Below are positions 43,894-53,484 of a stretch of 64,000 nucleotides of DNA, in pieces; position 1 is the first letter of the stretch, and every line of letters starts with the position of its first letter. The position numbers and the translations under genes were made by a program. Under the pieces are notes generated by a model. That model had not been told where the DNA came from, ran no database searches, and saw only the letters and a program-made list of their open reading frames with translations. The stretch comes from Candidatus Pampinifervens sinense (GTDB taxonomy: Bacteria; Aquificota; Aquificia; Aquificales; Aquificaceae), in NCBI GenBank assembly GCA_037927135.1, contig JAXSPP010000003.1, positions 32,001 through 96,000 of the forward strand, read 5' to 3'.

Positions 43894-44954
43894 TGGTGGA
43901 GATAATAAAAAAGTACCTAAGACTAAGAAGGGGAGGAATATCCTACTATGACCTTTCCTTTGTCCTTCTTGAACTCTCCATGCTTTTAGAATCGGGTCTA
44001 AACCTTATGAGGGCCCTTGAGGTAGTAGCCTCTCAATCTACCAACAGTAGGATAAAAGAAGCCCTTATAGAAGTCAAATCTTCCATGGAAGGTGGAGAGA
44101 CCTTATACAGAGCCTTTTCAAAGGCTGGAGTCTTTCCAGAGTTTTTCCTTGAGATGCTAAAGGTGGCAGAAAGGGGAGAAAACCTTGAAAAGATACTGCG
44201 TATAGCGGGAGAATATCTTCAAAAGACAGAGGAGAATAAGATGAAAATGCTTACTGCCCTTGCCTATCCTTCCTTTGTTATAGTTGCGAGCCTGCTTGCC
44301 CTTTTTGTGGCCGTAAAGTTTGTAGTTCCCAAGATAGCAAGCGTCCTTCAAGGCCTTGGCAAGGACCTACCTCTTATCACAAAAGCCCTTCTTTTCCTTT
44401 CTTACCTTCTTTCCTATGCAATTTACCTTTTGCCAGTTTTTGTAATACTTTACCTTTTTAGGCATAGGCTAATAAGCAAAGAGCTTTGGGACAAGTATTT
44501 TCTTATGCTTCCTATCTTTGGCAAGGTATCCTTCTACTACAACCTTTCGCGCCTTTCTGGCACCTTACTTATGGCCTTGTCCTCTGGCATTCCATTGCCT
44601 AGGGCCATAAGCCTCAGCCTTGGAAGCCTAAGTAATGCCTATCTTAGATACTCCCTCTCTGGTGTGGACAAGGAAGTCTCTAAGGGAAGGAGTCTTAGCA
44701 TGGCCCTAAAAGAAAGGCAGGTGCTTCCAGATACCTTTATAAACCTCTTGGCCCTTGGTGAAAAGAGCGGTGAGCTAGAAAGAAGCCTTAAGATGCTTCA
44801 GGATATGTATGAAAGGCAGGCAGAAAGGATCATAGCCTTTTGGCTTAGGTTTGCAGAGCCTATAGCTATGCTTTTTGTAGGCCTTTTGGTGGCCCTTATA
44901 GTCCTAAGCGTGGTTTTACCGCTTAGCGAGATATCCACAGGAGTAAAAAGGTAG
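43893..44954 (+). CDS. gspF: Type II secretion system F family inner-membrane protein
   Basis: [23 protein letters not shown]...VVLP. Confidence 0.88.
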   Translation: MVEIIKKYLRLRRGGISYYDLSFVLLELSMLLESGLNLMRALEVVASQSTNSRIKEALIEVKSSMEGGETLYRAFSKAGVFPEFFLEMLKVAERGENLEKILRIAGEYLQKTEENKMKMLTALAYPSFVIVASLLALFVAVKFVVPKIASVLQGLGKDLPLITKALLFLSYLLSYAIYLLPVFVILYLFRHRLISKELWDKYFLMLPIFGKVSFYYNLSRLSGTLLMALSSGIPLPRAISLSLGSLSNAYLRYSLSGVDKEVSKGRSLSMALKERQVLPDTFINLLALGEKSGELERSLKMLQDMYERQAERIIAFWLRFAEPIAMLFVGLLVALIVLSVVLPLSEISTGVKR

Positions 44955-44970
44955 ACTTTATAATTTTCCT

Positions 44971-45371
44971 ATGAGGCAAAAAGGCTTTACACTCATAGAA
45001 CTTTTGGTGGTTATCATCATCCTTGGCATACTGGCAGCCATAGTGGTTCCAAGGATAACGGGAAGGGTGGATGAGGCAAAGATTGAGGCTACCAAAGTTC
45101 AGATGAAGGCCATAAAGGATGCCTTGGAACAGTATAAACTTGACAACGGCTTTTATCCCACCACTGAACAAGGGTTAAAGGCCCTTGTGGAAAAGCCCAC
45201 CATCCCACCCATACCCCAAAGGTGGAGGCAGTATCTGGACAAGCTTCCAAAGGATGCTTGGGACAGGGATTTTATATATATGTCACCAGGGGTAGGAAGG
45301 CCATATGAACTGAGGTCTATGGGCCTGATGGAAAGGAAGGCACGGAAGACGATATAGATGTGTGGCAATAG
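44971..45371 (+). pseudogene. gspG: T2SS major pseudopilin GspG, frameshifted near the C-terminus (or assembly error)
   Basis: [34 protein letters not shown]. The conserved tail [16 protein letters not shown] is present in another frame after about 45322, consistent with one missing base in GGGCCT. Confidence 0.8.
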
Positions 45372-45663
45372 AGGCTTTACCCTTCTTGAGCTTTTGGTGG
45401 CGTTTGTGGTGCTTGCAGTGGGCTTTTCTGTAGTCTTTGAAGTTTTATCCTTTGCAAGGCTTGAATATTCAAATGCTTATGAACTCTCCGAGGACCTAAT
45501 AAAGCTCAATAACGCTCTGGTGGAAGGAAAAACAGAAGGCTTGGAGGTGGAAAGGAAAAGCCTTGAGGATTATCCACAGCTGGAAGAGATAAGCTACAGG
45601 CTTGGGTCTGCGGAAGTATTTATCTATAAATTAAAAGATGAAAAGGGCCTTTACCCTCATTGA
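45358..45663 (+). CDS. Minor pseudopilin (GspI-like, N-methylation motif)
   Basis: RGFTLLELLVAFVVL. Confidence 0.75.
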   Translation: MCGNRGFTLLELLVAFVVLAVGFSVVFEVLSFARLEYSNAYELSEDLIKLNNALVEGKTEGLEVERKSLEDYPQLEEISYRLGSAEVFIYKLKDEKGLYPH

Positions 45664-46123
45664 AGTGCTTTTGGCTTTGACCCTAATGGGCCTCTTCTTT
45701 GCCTTGCTTTCCTATAGCTTTTACTCTTCTTTGCGTAGCTCCTACCTTCTCTCCCAGTCTTCACAGCTTACAAAGGAAGAGATCTTACTCTTTTGGGACC
45801 TTCAAAGAAAGCTAATAGGTGCTACAGACATCTACTTAAGAAAGGACGCTATCTTTATGATAACTTCTTCCGGAGATTACTATCAAGGCATAGTAAAGTG
45901 TGCATAAGTATACAAGGATGGCTGGCTTTATTACTATGAGTTTCCCTATCCTTATGGTGATATAGCCTTTTATGAGGAGGACAGACTTATAAAGCTTGGG
46001 AGGTTCAAGAACCTTTCCTTTAGGGCCTTTTCCAATGGAAGCTACTATGAGGAGTTTAGAGGTCTTCCTCAGTGGGTTGAAATGTCTTTTGATGGAAAGC
46101 TTTTGAGGGTAGGTTTACAATAA
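45638..46123 (+). pseudogene. Minor pseudopilin (GspJ-like) interrupted by in-frame TAA at 45905-45907
   Basis: KRAFTLIEVLLAL. The same frame continues for 71 codons (VYKDGWLYYYEFPYPYG...LPQWVEMSFDGKLLRVGLQ*) to 46123. Confidence 0.75.
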
Positions 46124-46128
46124 TTAAC

Positions 46129-46872
46129 ATGCTTGTGTTTTACCCTTTGCTTCTTTTGTCCTTTTTTGTGCTTATACTATTGTATATTTGGATAGCAAAG
46201 GATATTAAAATTGTGCCGCCAGATTTAAAAAGGGAAAGCCTTCAAGTTTCAAGCCTTTTTTCAAAGTTTGAAAGCCTCTATCCAAAGAAGGAGGAAAAGC
46301 CCACATCCATTAAACTGCTTGCCACGGCCACAGGTTCTTTGCGCCTTGCCCTCATTGAAGTGGATGGCTCCACTCAAACTGTAAGGATAGGTTCAGAAGT
46401 GAAGGGCTACAGAGTAGTGGATATAGAAAGGAACTATATAGTCTTGTCAAGGGATAAGAATAGGCTTGCCGTAGGCTTTGGCTTTAAATCTGGAGAGCCT
46501 CCTATGCAAGCTTCAAAAATCCTATCCCCCACGCCACAAGCCACAAAGAGCCTCCAAGCTAGCGTATCAAGGGAAGAACTCCAGCGCATCACCGCAGATC
46601 CTGGCGTAATGTTTAGGCAGATAAGGCTTGTGCCCTTTGTGCAGGATGGAAGGACGAGGGGCTTCCTCTTTGAGTGGATAGAGCCAGAAAGCATCTTTGA
46701 AAGGGCTGGCATAAAGCCTGGAGATGTGCTACTTTCTATAAACAACCAAGAGATAAAAAGTGGTGAGGATGCCTTTAGAATATTGCAGGTGCTAAGGAAT
46801 GAAAACAGTATAAAATTGAACTTGCAGAGGGGAAGCGAAATTATAGAATTGCTTTTGAGGGTGGAAGGATGA
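46129..46872 (+). CDS. gspC: T2SS protein GspC-like (TM, HR and PDZ domains)
   Basis: LALIE...RIGSEVKGY, GIKPGDVLLSIN PDZ motif, directly upstream of the secretin. Confidence 0.8.
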   Translation: MLVFYPLLLLSFFVLILLYIWIAKDIKIVPPDLKRESLQVSSLFSKFESLYPKKEEKPTSIKLLATATGSLRLALIEVDGSTQTVRIGSEVKGYRVVDIERNYIVLSRDKNRLAVGFGFKSGEPPMQASKILSPTPQATKSLQASVSREELQRITADPGVMFRQIRLVPFVQDGRTRGFLFEWIEPESIFERAGIKPGDVLLSINNQEIKSGEDAFRILQVLRNENSIKLNLQRGSEIIELLLRVEG

Positions 46873-48845
46873 AAAAGATTGTGGCTTTTCTTTTGCTTTT
46901 CTTCCTCTTTGTGCCAGCCTGGTCTCAGGATGCGGAAGCTATTCAAAGGCAAGCCCAAGAGCAAAGAAGAACAGGAAAGGTCTTCCTCAACTTCCAAAAT
47001 GCGGACATTTCTTTAGTGGTAAAGTTCATGTCGGAGCTTACGGGCAAAAACATAGTGCTTGACCCCAACGTGAAGGGAACTATAACCATAAGCTCTGCCA
47101 AGCCTGTGAGCATAAAACAAGCCTGGGAGCTTTTTGTCATGTCCCTTACCCTTCAAGGCTACGGTGTGGTGGAGGACAAAAACTTTGTGCGCATACTTCC
47201 TATAGCTCAGGCTGTTCCTCTGGCGGAGCCAAAAAGGCCTACCACCGGCGCAGATGTGATCCTTTACCTTTATACCGCAGAAAACACCCAAGCCCAACAG
47301 CTCCAGCAAGCCATACAGCCTTTTCTCTCTCCCTTTGCCAAAGTGGGAGTCCACACTCAGTCCAACACCCTCATAGTGGCAGACATTGCCAAAAACATAG
47401 AGAAGATAAAGGGTATACTCAAAGAGCTTGACTCTCCACAAAGAGGTCTAAAGGTAAAGCTATACCCACTCCAAAAGGCTAAGGCGGAAAATGTTTTGCA
47501 GAGCCTTCAGGGTGTGCTAAGCACCCTACAACAGCAAACTGGTGCGCCAAGTGTGGCCACCATAAGCAAAGATGCCAACGCCATAGTGGTGGTGGCAAGG
47601 GAAGACATTCAAGCCATAGTAGAAGAGATAATAAGAACCATAGACCAATCCACGCAGACCACAGAAGACAGAAGCTTTTATGTAATCCCCTTAAAGTTCA
47701 TATCGGCGGAGGAGCTCCACAAAAGCCTTCAAAGCCTTCTTACAGGTGTGGTCCCTACTGTGGCACAGCCCACTCCTCAATACCAAGCGCAACCGGTGGA
47801 TATAAAAGGACTTGAAACGCCCTTGCAAAAGCCCAAACCTCCCCAGCCTCAGCCCCAGCCCATACCACCTATACAGACAAAGGAAGGCATGCGCATAGGC
47901 TTTGACAGAGGAACCAACTCGGTGCTTATATACGCCACTCCACAAGAGTTTGAAAGCCTAAAGGCCCTTATAGAAAAGCTTGATGTGAGAAGGAAGCAGG
48001 TGCTAATAGCTGCCTCTGTGGTGGAGATGTCCACAAGTAAAGCCTTGGATATTGGTGTGCGTTGGCAGGTCCTTGGTTCAAAGGGTGGTGCTGGCTTTGG
48101 TGTGGGAAGCCTTCAGGACATATACAGTTCAATGCTTGCGGGAAGCTTTATCCTTGGCTTTATAAACAACGTAGGGAAGACCATCACCATAGGCGGTGTT
48201 AACCTCTTCTTCCCAGACTTGGTGCTTCTCTTTTCCCTTTTAGAAAAGGGCACGGGCTTTAACCTTATCTCAAACCCAAAGGTGCTCACCCTTGACAACC
48301 AGCCAGCGGAGATAAAAGTGGGCCAGGTAATACCCTATGCCTCCGGCGTAAAGTTTGATATAAACGGACAGCCCGTTATAACCTACGACTATAAGGAGGT
48401 GGGCCTTAACCTAAAAATCACACCCACCATAGCGGAGAACAACCTAAGGCTCACCATAAACCTACAGGTGCAGGAGATAGTGGATTTTATAAGGCCTCAG
48501 GTGGGACAGCTAAGCTATGCGGTGCCTATAACTTCCAACAGACAGGTCAATTCCGACGTGGTAGTAGAAAACGGACAGACCATCATAATAGGCGGGCTTA
48601 TAAACAATAGGACCATAAACACCGTAGAAGGTGTGCCGGGCCTAAAGGATATTCCACTTTTTGGAAGGCTCTTTAGAAGAGATACCAAAACGGAGGATAA
48701 GGTCTCCCTCTTTATATTCCTAACTCCCTACGTGATAGAAAAGCCAGAGGACCTAAGCAGGATAACCCAAGAACATCAAAAACTGGCAGAGGAACTGAGA
48801 AAACTTTTAGAAAAGCAGGGGAAGAATGAAAAGGATAAGCCTTAA
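46869..48845 (+). CDS. gspD: T2SS secretin GspD
   Basis: LNFQNADI, DPNVKGTITI, LDVRRKQVLI, PKVLTLDNQPAEI-VGQ, VPGLKDIPLFGRLFR. Confidence 0.94.
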   Translation: MKKIVAFLLLFFLFVPAWSQDAEAIQRQAQEQRRTGKVFLNFQNADISLVVKFMSELTGKNIVLDPNVKGTITISSAKPVSIKQAWELFVMSLTLQGYGVVEDKNFVRILPIAQAVPLAEPKRPTTGADVILYLYTAENTQAQQLQQAIQPFLSPFAKVGVHTQSNTLIVADIAKNIEKIKGILKELDSPQRGLKVKLYPLQKAKAENVLQSLQGVLSTLQQQTGAPSVATISKDANAIVVVAREDIQAIVEEIIRTIDQSTQTTEDRSFYVIPLKFISAEELHKSLQSLLTGVVPTVAQPTPQYQAQPVDIKGLETPLQKPKPPQPQPQPIPPIQTKEGMRIGFDRGTNSVLIYATPQEFESLKALIEKLDVRRKQVLIAASVVEMSTSKALDIGVRWQVLGSKGGAGFGVGSLQDIYSSMLAGSFILGFINNVGKTITIGGVNLFFPDLVLLFSLLEKGTGFNLISNPKVLTLDNQPAEIKVGQVIPYASGVKFDINGQPVITYDYKEVGLNLKITPTIAENNLRLTINLQVQEIVDFIRPQVGQLSYAVPITSNRQVNSDVVVENGQTIIIGGLINNRTINTVEGVPGLKDIPLFGRLFRRDTKTEDKVSLFIFLTPYVIEKPEDLSRITQEHQKLAEELRKLLEKQGKNEKDKP

Positions 48846-49467
48846 ATCTCTGTTTTTATATACCTTTTTGAGCCTTTTACTTTTCTTTGTGCTTCTTTTT
48901 TTAACACTTCCCAAGTTTTTGATCCTTGATAAGATACTTTTGAAAAATGGCTTATACCTGACGGCGCAAAAAGTAGAAGAGGGGCTTACACATATAAGCT
49001 TGAAGGGTGTTAGCCTTTACGATCAGAGCTCCAAGCTTGTGCGCTTTGATTCTCTTAAAATAAGCCTTTCTCCCTTTGGGCTTAGCCTTTCTGGCTTGTG
49101 TGATGGAAAGAGCCTTTATGTGGAGTGGTCCTTGGGTGCAAAGAAGCTAAGGGCTAAAGACTTTACCTGCCTTGGAGATGTGGAAAGCTTATCGGGAGAT
49201 ATACTTATCAAAGATGGCCTTTATGGCAAGCTGGAGATAAAGGGCCTAAAGGCTCAAGAGCTAAAGCTGGAGGAGCTAAGCCTTGATTTCAAAGGTAGGG
49301 TCTTTACAGCAAAGGGGAGGGCCATGGGCTTTAACTTAGTAGGCGACGGACAGATAGTTTATAACCCTTCAAACCCTCTAAAATCTGCCATAAACGGCCA
49401 GGTCTCCGGCGGTGGCACGAGGCTTGTTATAAGCGGAAGCCTTGAAAGACTGGAAATAAAAAGGTAA
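48826..49467 (+). CDS. Hypothetical membrane-anchored protein, possibly GspN-like
   Basis: N-terminal TM helix ending LTLP, beta-rich body, located after gspD. Confidence 0.5.
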   Translation: MKRISLKSLFLYTFLSLLLFFVLLFLTLPKFLILDKILLKNGLYLTAQKVEEGLTHISLKGVSLYDQSSKLVRFDSLKISLSPFGLSLSGLCDGKSLYVEWSLGAKKLRAKDFTCLGDVESLSGDILIKDGLYGKLEIKGLKAQELKLEELSLDFKGRVFTAKGRAMGFNLVGDGQIVYNPSNPLKSAINGQVSGGGTRLVISGSLERLEIKR

Positions 49468-49477
49468 AATCTTTACA

Positions 49478-49648
49478 GTGGATGTCAAAATCCTGGTAAA
49501 CGGTAAAGAGGTAAGGCTAAAGGACTATCCTAAAAGGGTGCTTTATAACCTACTTGTGGGCTATGTAAAGAGCCTAAACCTTGAGGAAGAGCCAAGAGAG
49601 ATTGAGGTGTATGTCAGGCTCAAGGAAGAGGATTGTAGAAAGTCTTAG
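49478..49648 (+). CDS. Small protein (56 aa) resembling the MobB C-terminal extension domain; absent from ORF track
   Basis: GTG start 7 nt after TAAAAT. MDVKILVNGKEVRLKDYPKRVLYNLLVGYVKSLNLEEEPREIEVYVRLKEEDCRKS. Confidence 0.6.
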   Translation: MDVKILVNGKEVRLKDYPKRVLYNLLVGYVKSLNLEEEPREIEVYVRLKEEDCRKS

Positions 49649-50591
49649 CTTTGAGGTTCAAGAAGAGCATGAGGGCCTAAGGCTTGACCAGTTTTTGGCA
49701 AAGGTCTACCCAGACTTTTCAAGGAGCTACCATCAAAGGCTCATTGAAGAAGGATATGTATACTTGGACGGAAAAGTTTTAGACAAACCAAGTAAAAGGC
49801 TAAAAGTTGGCCAGCGTGTGCAGCTTTTGGTGCCAGAGCCAGAGCCTTTGGAGGTCCTTCCAGAGAACATACCATTGGATATAATCTACGAGGACGATCA
49901 TATACTTGTGCTTATAAAGCCCTGCGGTCTTGTGGTCCACCCCTCCCCGGGCTACACTTCTGGAACCCTTGTCAATGCCCTTTTATACCATGTTAAAAAC
50001 CTCTCCTCCATAGGTGGTGTGGAAAGGCCCGGCATAGTGCATAGGCTTGACAAAAACACCATGGGCCTTATGGTGGTGGCAAAGACGGACATAGCCCACA
50101 GAGGCCTCTCAGAGCAGTTCAAAGAAAGGAAAGTAGAAAAGTTTTACAGGGCCCTTGTTAAGGGCCTGCCAGAAAGGGATTACTATCTAATAGAGGCGCC
50201 CATAGGAAGGCATCAGACAGACAGAAAGAAGTTCGCCATAAGGGAGGAGGGAAAGCCTGCCAAAAGCGAGGTTTGGGTGTTGGAAAGATTTTACCGCCAA
50301 GGCATAAGCCTTTTAAAGGTAAAGATACACACGGGAAGGACGCACCAGATAAGGGTACACTTATCTTCTTTGGGCTTTCCCATCCTTGGAGACACCACCT
50401 ATGGCTTTAAGAGAAGCTCCGTAGACAAAAGGCTACTTCAGACCCTTGGCAATTGCCACATGCTCCTTAGCTATCATCTCTCCTTTGAGCATCCCCAAAC
50501 AGGACAAAAGCTCACCTTTGAAATACAAGAGCCAGAACCCTTCAAAAGCACCTTAGCTCTCATAGAAAAGCTTGAAGAAGAGCTCTCTTAG
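49611..50591 (+). CDS. rluD: RluA-family pseudouridine synthase (RluD-like)
   Basis: S4 domain RLDQFL, GIVHRLDKNTMGL, TGRTHQIRVH. Confidence 0.88.
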   Translation: MSGSRKRIVESLSFEVQEEHEGLRLDQFLAKVYPDFSRSYHQRLIEEGYVYLDGKVLDKPSKRLKVGQRVQLLVPEPEPLEVLPENIPLDIIYEDDHILVLIKPCGLVVHPSPGYTSGTLVNALLYHVKNLSSIGGVERPGIVHRLDKNTMGLMVVAKTDIAHRGLSEQFKERKVEKFYRALVKGLPERDYYLIEAPIGRHQTDRKKFAIREEGKPAKSEVWVLERFYRQGISLLKVKIHTGRTHQIRVHLSSLGFPILGDTTYGFKRSSVDKRLLQTLGNCHMLLSYHLSFEHPQTGQKLTFEIQEPEPFKSTLALIEKLEEELS

Positions 50592-51653
50592 TCTTTGCAC
50601 CACACCCTCTCCACCAAGAACCTGCCTTAGCCTCTTAAACTCAAGCCTTTGGCTTTCCTTCCAATCCTCCTTCAGCTCCGAGAAAAACCTACACAAAGCC
50701 TCTGGACTTTTTTGAACCATCTCGGGCACCACATCCCTCTGGAGTATAAGGTTTGTGAGGGCTATGTTTTTTACCTTAACAAGAAGCCTCCCAAGAAGAT
50801 AGGTTATAGGGCTAACCCTATAAAAGACCACATGAGGAGAGTCCAAAAGGCTTGCCTCAAGCTCCGCAGTGCCACTGGCAAGAAGCGTAAAATCCGCATA
50901 AGCCATAGTGTTGTAAGAAGCCCTATCCAAGTCCCTGTTGGTTATGACCCTTATTGGAAAGCCTGCAAACTCCCTCTCTAAGAAATCCCTAAAAGCCTCA
51001 AAGGTAGGAACAACCATAGGCTTTTCCACCCTCAGACATCTTAGCACCTCCTTCAGATAAGGCACATGCCTTTTTATCTCACTCCAACGGCTTCCCGGAA
51101 GCAAAGCCACATAGTCCTCAAAGCCAAGAAAACTCCTCATAGCCTCTTTGCTTAGGCTTGGCTTTGCCAAATCCACAAGAGGATGCCCCACAAAATGCAC
51201 CCTAAAGCCTTCCCTTGCGTATTTTCTGTAAAAGTCCACCTCAAAGGGAAGTATCACAACAAGATGGTCTACAAGCTCCGATATTAGCCTTGCCCTGCCC
51301 TCCTTCCAAGCCCAAACCTGTGGAGAGATAAAGTAGATAATTTTTCTCACCTTCCCCTTAGCCCTCTTGAGAAGTGGCAAATTAAAGGCAGGAGCATCAC
51401 ACAAAAGGAGCACATCCACCTCAGGAAGAAGAGCCTCTATCTGTCTCCAAAGCCTGTAGACCTTTGGAATTTTTGGAAGAGCCTCTACAATACCCACCAC
51501 GGAAAGCTCCTCTATGCGTGCAAGGCTTTTAAAGCCCAAAGACTCTAACCTCTCATCGGTTATGCCAATAAACTCCACACACCCAAAGTCCTTGAAAATC
51601 TCATAAACATAGTTGCTTGCAGACCTTTCCCCCAGAGAAACAAAAACCCTCAT
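50553..51653 (-). CDS. lpxB: Lipid-A-disaccharide synthase
   Basis: GERSA, DAPAFN, ISPQVWAWKEGR, VGHPL, LLPGSR, ASGTAELE. Confidence 0.95.
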   Translation of the reverse strand: MRVFVSLGERSASNYVYEIFKDFGCVEFIGITDERLESLGFKSLARIEELSVVGIVEALPKIPKVYRLWRQIEALLPEVDVLLLCDAPAFNLPLLKRAKGKVRKIIYFISPQVWAWKEGRARLISELVDHLVVILPFEVDFYRKYAREGFRVHFVGHPLVDLAKPSLSKEAMRSFLGFEDYVALLPGSRWSEIKRHVPYLKEVLRCLRVEKPMVVPTFEAFRDFLEREFAGFPIRVITNRDLDRASYNTMAYADFTLLASGTAELEASLLDSPHVVFYRVSPITYLLGRLLVKVKNIALTNLILQRDVVPEMVQKSPEALCRFFSELKEDWKESQRLEFKRLRQVLGGEGVVQRLRELFFKLFYES

Positions 51654-52066
51654 TCAACCTTTGCAAAAGCCCCAAAGAGCCCTTCACCCTTCCTCTCTAT
51701 CCTAACCCTTACACCCTCCAACCTCACAAAAAAGGCATAGGAAACCTCCACCCTACCAGAGCTCCTCACGCTTACATACCTCTCCGCCCAGCAGTCCTCC
51801 AAGGCATTCCTAAAGGTCGCCTTCAAATAAGCCCCATCATGATGCTCCATAATCTCTGTGTAGACCACCTCCATGTAGTTATTCTCCTCCACCGCAGACC
51901 TCCACAAGCCCTCAAGCCCAGCGTCAGAAACCTCAAAGGACACACCAAACTCCAAATCCTCTGGGTCCACATCCTCAAGATACTCCTCTACCTTTGCCCT
52001 CAACACACCACAAAGCTCCCTTACCCTATCAAGCGAGGTCTGTCTGTAGGTTTCGTCTATAGGCAT
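51650..52066 (-). CDS. Hypothetical acidic protein
   Basis: 138 aa, ATGA-coupled to lpxB, TATCAT 6 nt before the ATG. Confidence 0.6.
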   Translation of the reverse strand: MPIDETYRQTSLDRVRELCGVLRAKVEEYLEDVDPEDLEFGVSFEVSDAGLEGLWRSAVEENNYMEVVYTEIMEHHDGAYLKATFRNALEDCWAERYVSVRSSGRVEVSYAFFVRLEGVRVRIERKGEGLFGAFAKVE

Positions 52067-52092
52067 AGAATTATGATAACATTAAAGTAGCA

Positions 52093-53400
52093 GTGGTTGG
52101 ATATTTAAGAGAGCTTTTCAATACCAAAAGGCAGGAAAGGGTCTTAGAGGCGGTAGTTAAGTCTTCCCTTATAAACCTCCTTGCCCGTGGCTTTGGCTAC
52201 TTTAGGTCTGTTGCCATAGCAGTCCTTCTTGGTTTTAGCTACCAAACAGATGCCTTCTTTATGGCACTTTCTTTGATAGGCATATTTCTCATCTTCGTTG
52301 ATGTCTTTGACTCTGTTGGAGTGCCAGAGCTTGTAAAGGCAAGAATGAAGTCAGAGGAAGAGTTCAAGAAAATTGCAGGTCTTCTCTTTACCTTTACCTT
52401 TACCATCTCCATAGCCATAACCCTCTTGGCACTTCTATTGATGCCCTTTGTTCTGAAAATCCCAGCAGGTTTTTCTGAAAACGCCCTGCAGGCAACAGAG
52501 GTCTCCTATCTTATTCTTCTACCTTATCTGTTCTTTAATTTCTACTTTCACCACTTTGGAGCAGTTCTTAGGGGTCAAAGAAGGTTTACCGCTTACTTTT
52601 TGGGAGAGTTAGTAGCATCCTTTTTTGCTTTTATCTTCACTCTTCTTGGACTTTTCCTCTACAAGGACTACAAAATACTTCCCATAGGATTATCATTAGC
52701 GTATCTTTTGGGAACTATTTACATGCTATATATAGGAAGAGAATACATTCACTTTCATCTCTTTTATAACGAAACCACAAAAAGACTTCTCTCTCATTTC
52801 CTACAGCTCCTTGCAGTTTATGGAGTTCTTCACCTCTACATACTCGTTGACAGAGCTTTTGCTTCTTTTCTTGGAGAGAAAAATGTTTCCGCTTTATACT
52901 ACGGTCTCTTGCTTGCATCCGCACCAAGGGGAGTTCTAAAGTTTGAAAACATAGCCATAACTTCCCTTTCTGAGTCTCAAGGTTCCATTAAGAAGTTGGA
53001 CTTTTACATAAAGAAGTTACTTCTTTTGACCCTGCCCGTATCCGTCTTTCTTTTCCTATTTTCACCCATAGTGGTTAAGCTCTTCTTTGGCTATGGAGCT
53101 TTCTCAAAGGTGGATGTAGAGCTTACCGCAACAGCCCTTAGGTTTTATGCCCTATCTTTGCCCTTCATGTTCTTCTGGCCCCTAATATACAGGGTATTCC
53201 AGATAAGAGGCAAGCTTTTGCCTGTGGGAGTTGTGGGTGCAATAGGTGTAGTGGCTAACGCCCTTTTTAATTATCTCTTTGTCTTTGTTTTCAATTTAGG
53301 TATTGCAGGCATATGCCTTGGCACTTTCTTTGCATATGTGTTTATTTGCACTCTTGGCTATTTTATGCTAAGATATTATGACAAGAGAGCGTGGGGGTGA
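52093..53400 (+). CDS. MurJ/MviN-like (MOP superfamily) glycan flippase
   Basis: NLLARGFGYFRSVAIA, TDAFFMA, LVDRAFASFL, VSALYYG, about 12 TM helices. Heads the glycan locus. Confidence 0.85.
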   Translation: MVGYLRELFNTKRQERVLEAVVKSSLINLLARGFGYFRSVAIAVLLGFSYQTDAFFMALSLIGIFLIFVDVFDSVGVPELVKARMKSEEEFKKIAGLLFTFTFTISIAITLLALLLMPFVLKIPAGFSENALQATEVSYLILLPYLFFNFYFHHFGAVLRGQRRFTAYFLGELVASFFAFIFTLLGLFLYKDYKILPIGLSLAYLLGTIYMLYIGREYIHFHLFYNETTKRLLSHFLQLLAVYGVLHLYILVDRAFASFLGEKNVSALYYGLLLASAPRGVLKFENIAITSLSESQGSIKKLDFYIKKLLLLTLPVSVFLFLFSPIVVKLFFGYGAFSKVDVELTATALRFYALSLPFMFFWPLIYRVFQIRGKLLPVGVVGAIGVVANALFNYLFVFVFNLGIAGICLGTFFAYVFICTLGYFMLRYYDKRAWG

Positions 53401-53403
53401 AAA

Positions 53404-53484
53404 ATGCTTAGATGTCCTGTCTGCCAAAGTGAAAAGGATGAAAGGTATTTTATTGAGACTATAAAGTTGGAGGGAAATACATGA
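53404..53484 (+). pseudogene. 26-codon gene remnant, CxxC N-terminus typical of Zn-ribbon SAM methyltransferases
   Basis: MLRCPVCQSEKDERYFIETIKLEGNT*, preceded by GGGGTGA; ends in an ATGA overlap with the next gene. Confidence 0.45.

Noticed and set aside
47760-47880. Pro/Gln-rich low-complexity stretch in gspD
   Set aside because: Degenerate codons; a disordered insertion in the secretin N3 domain is normal.
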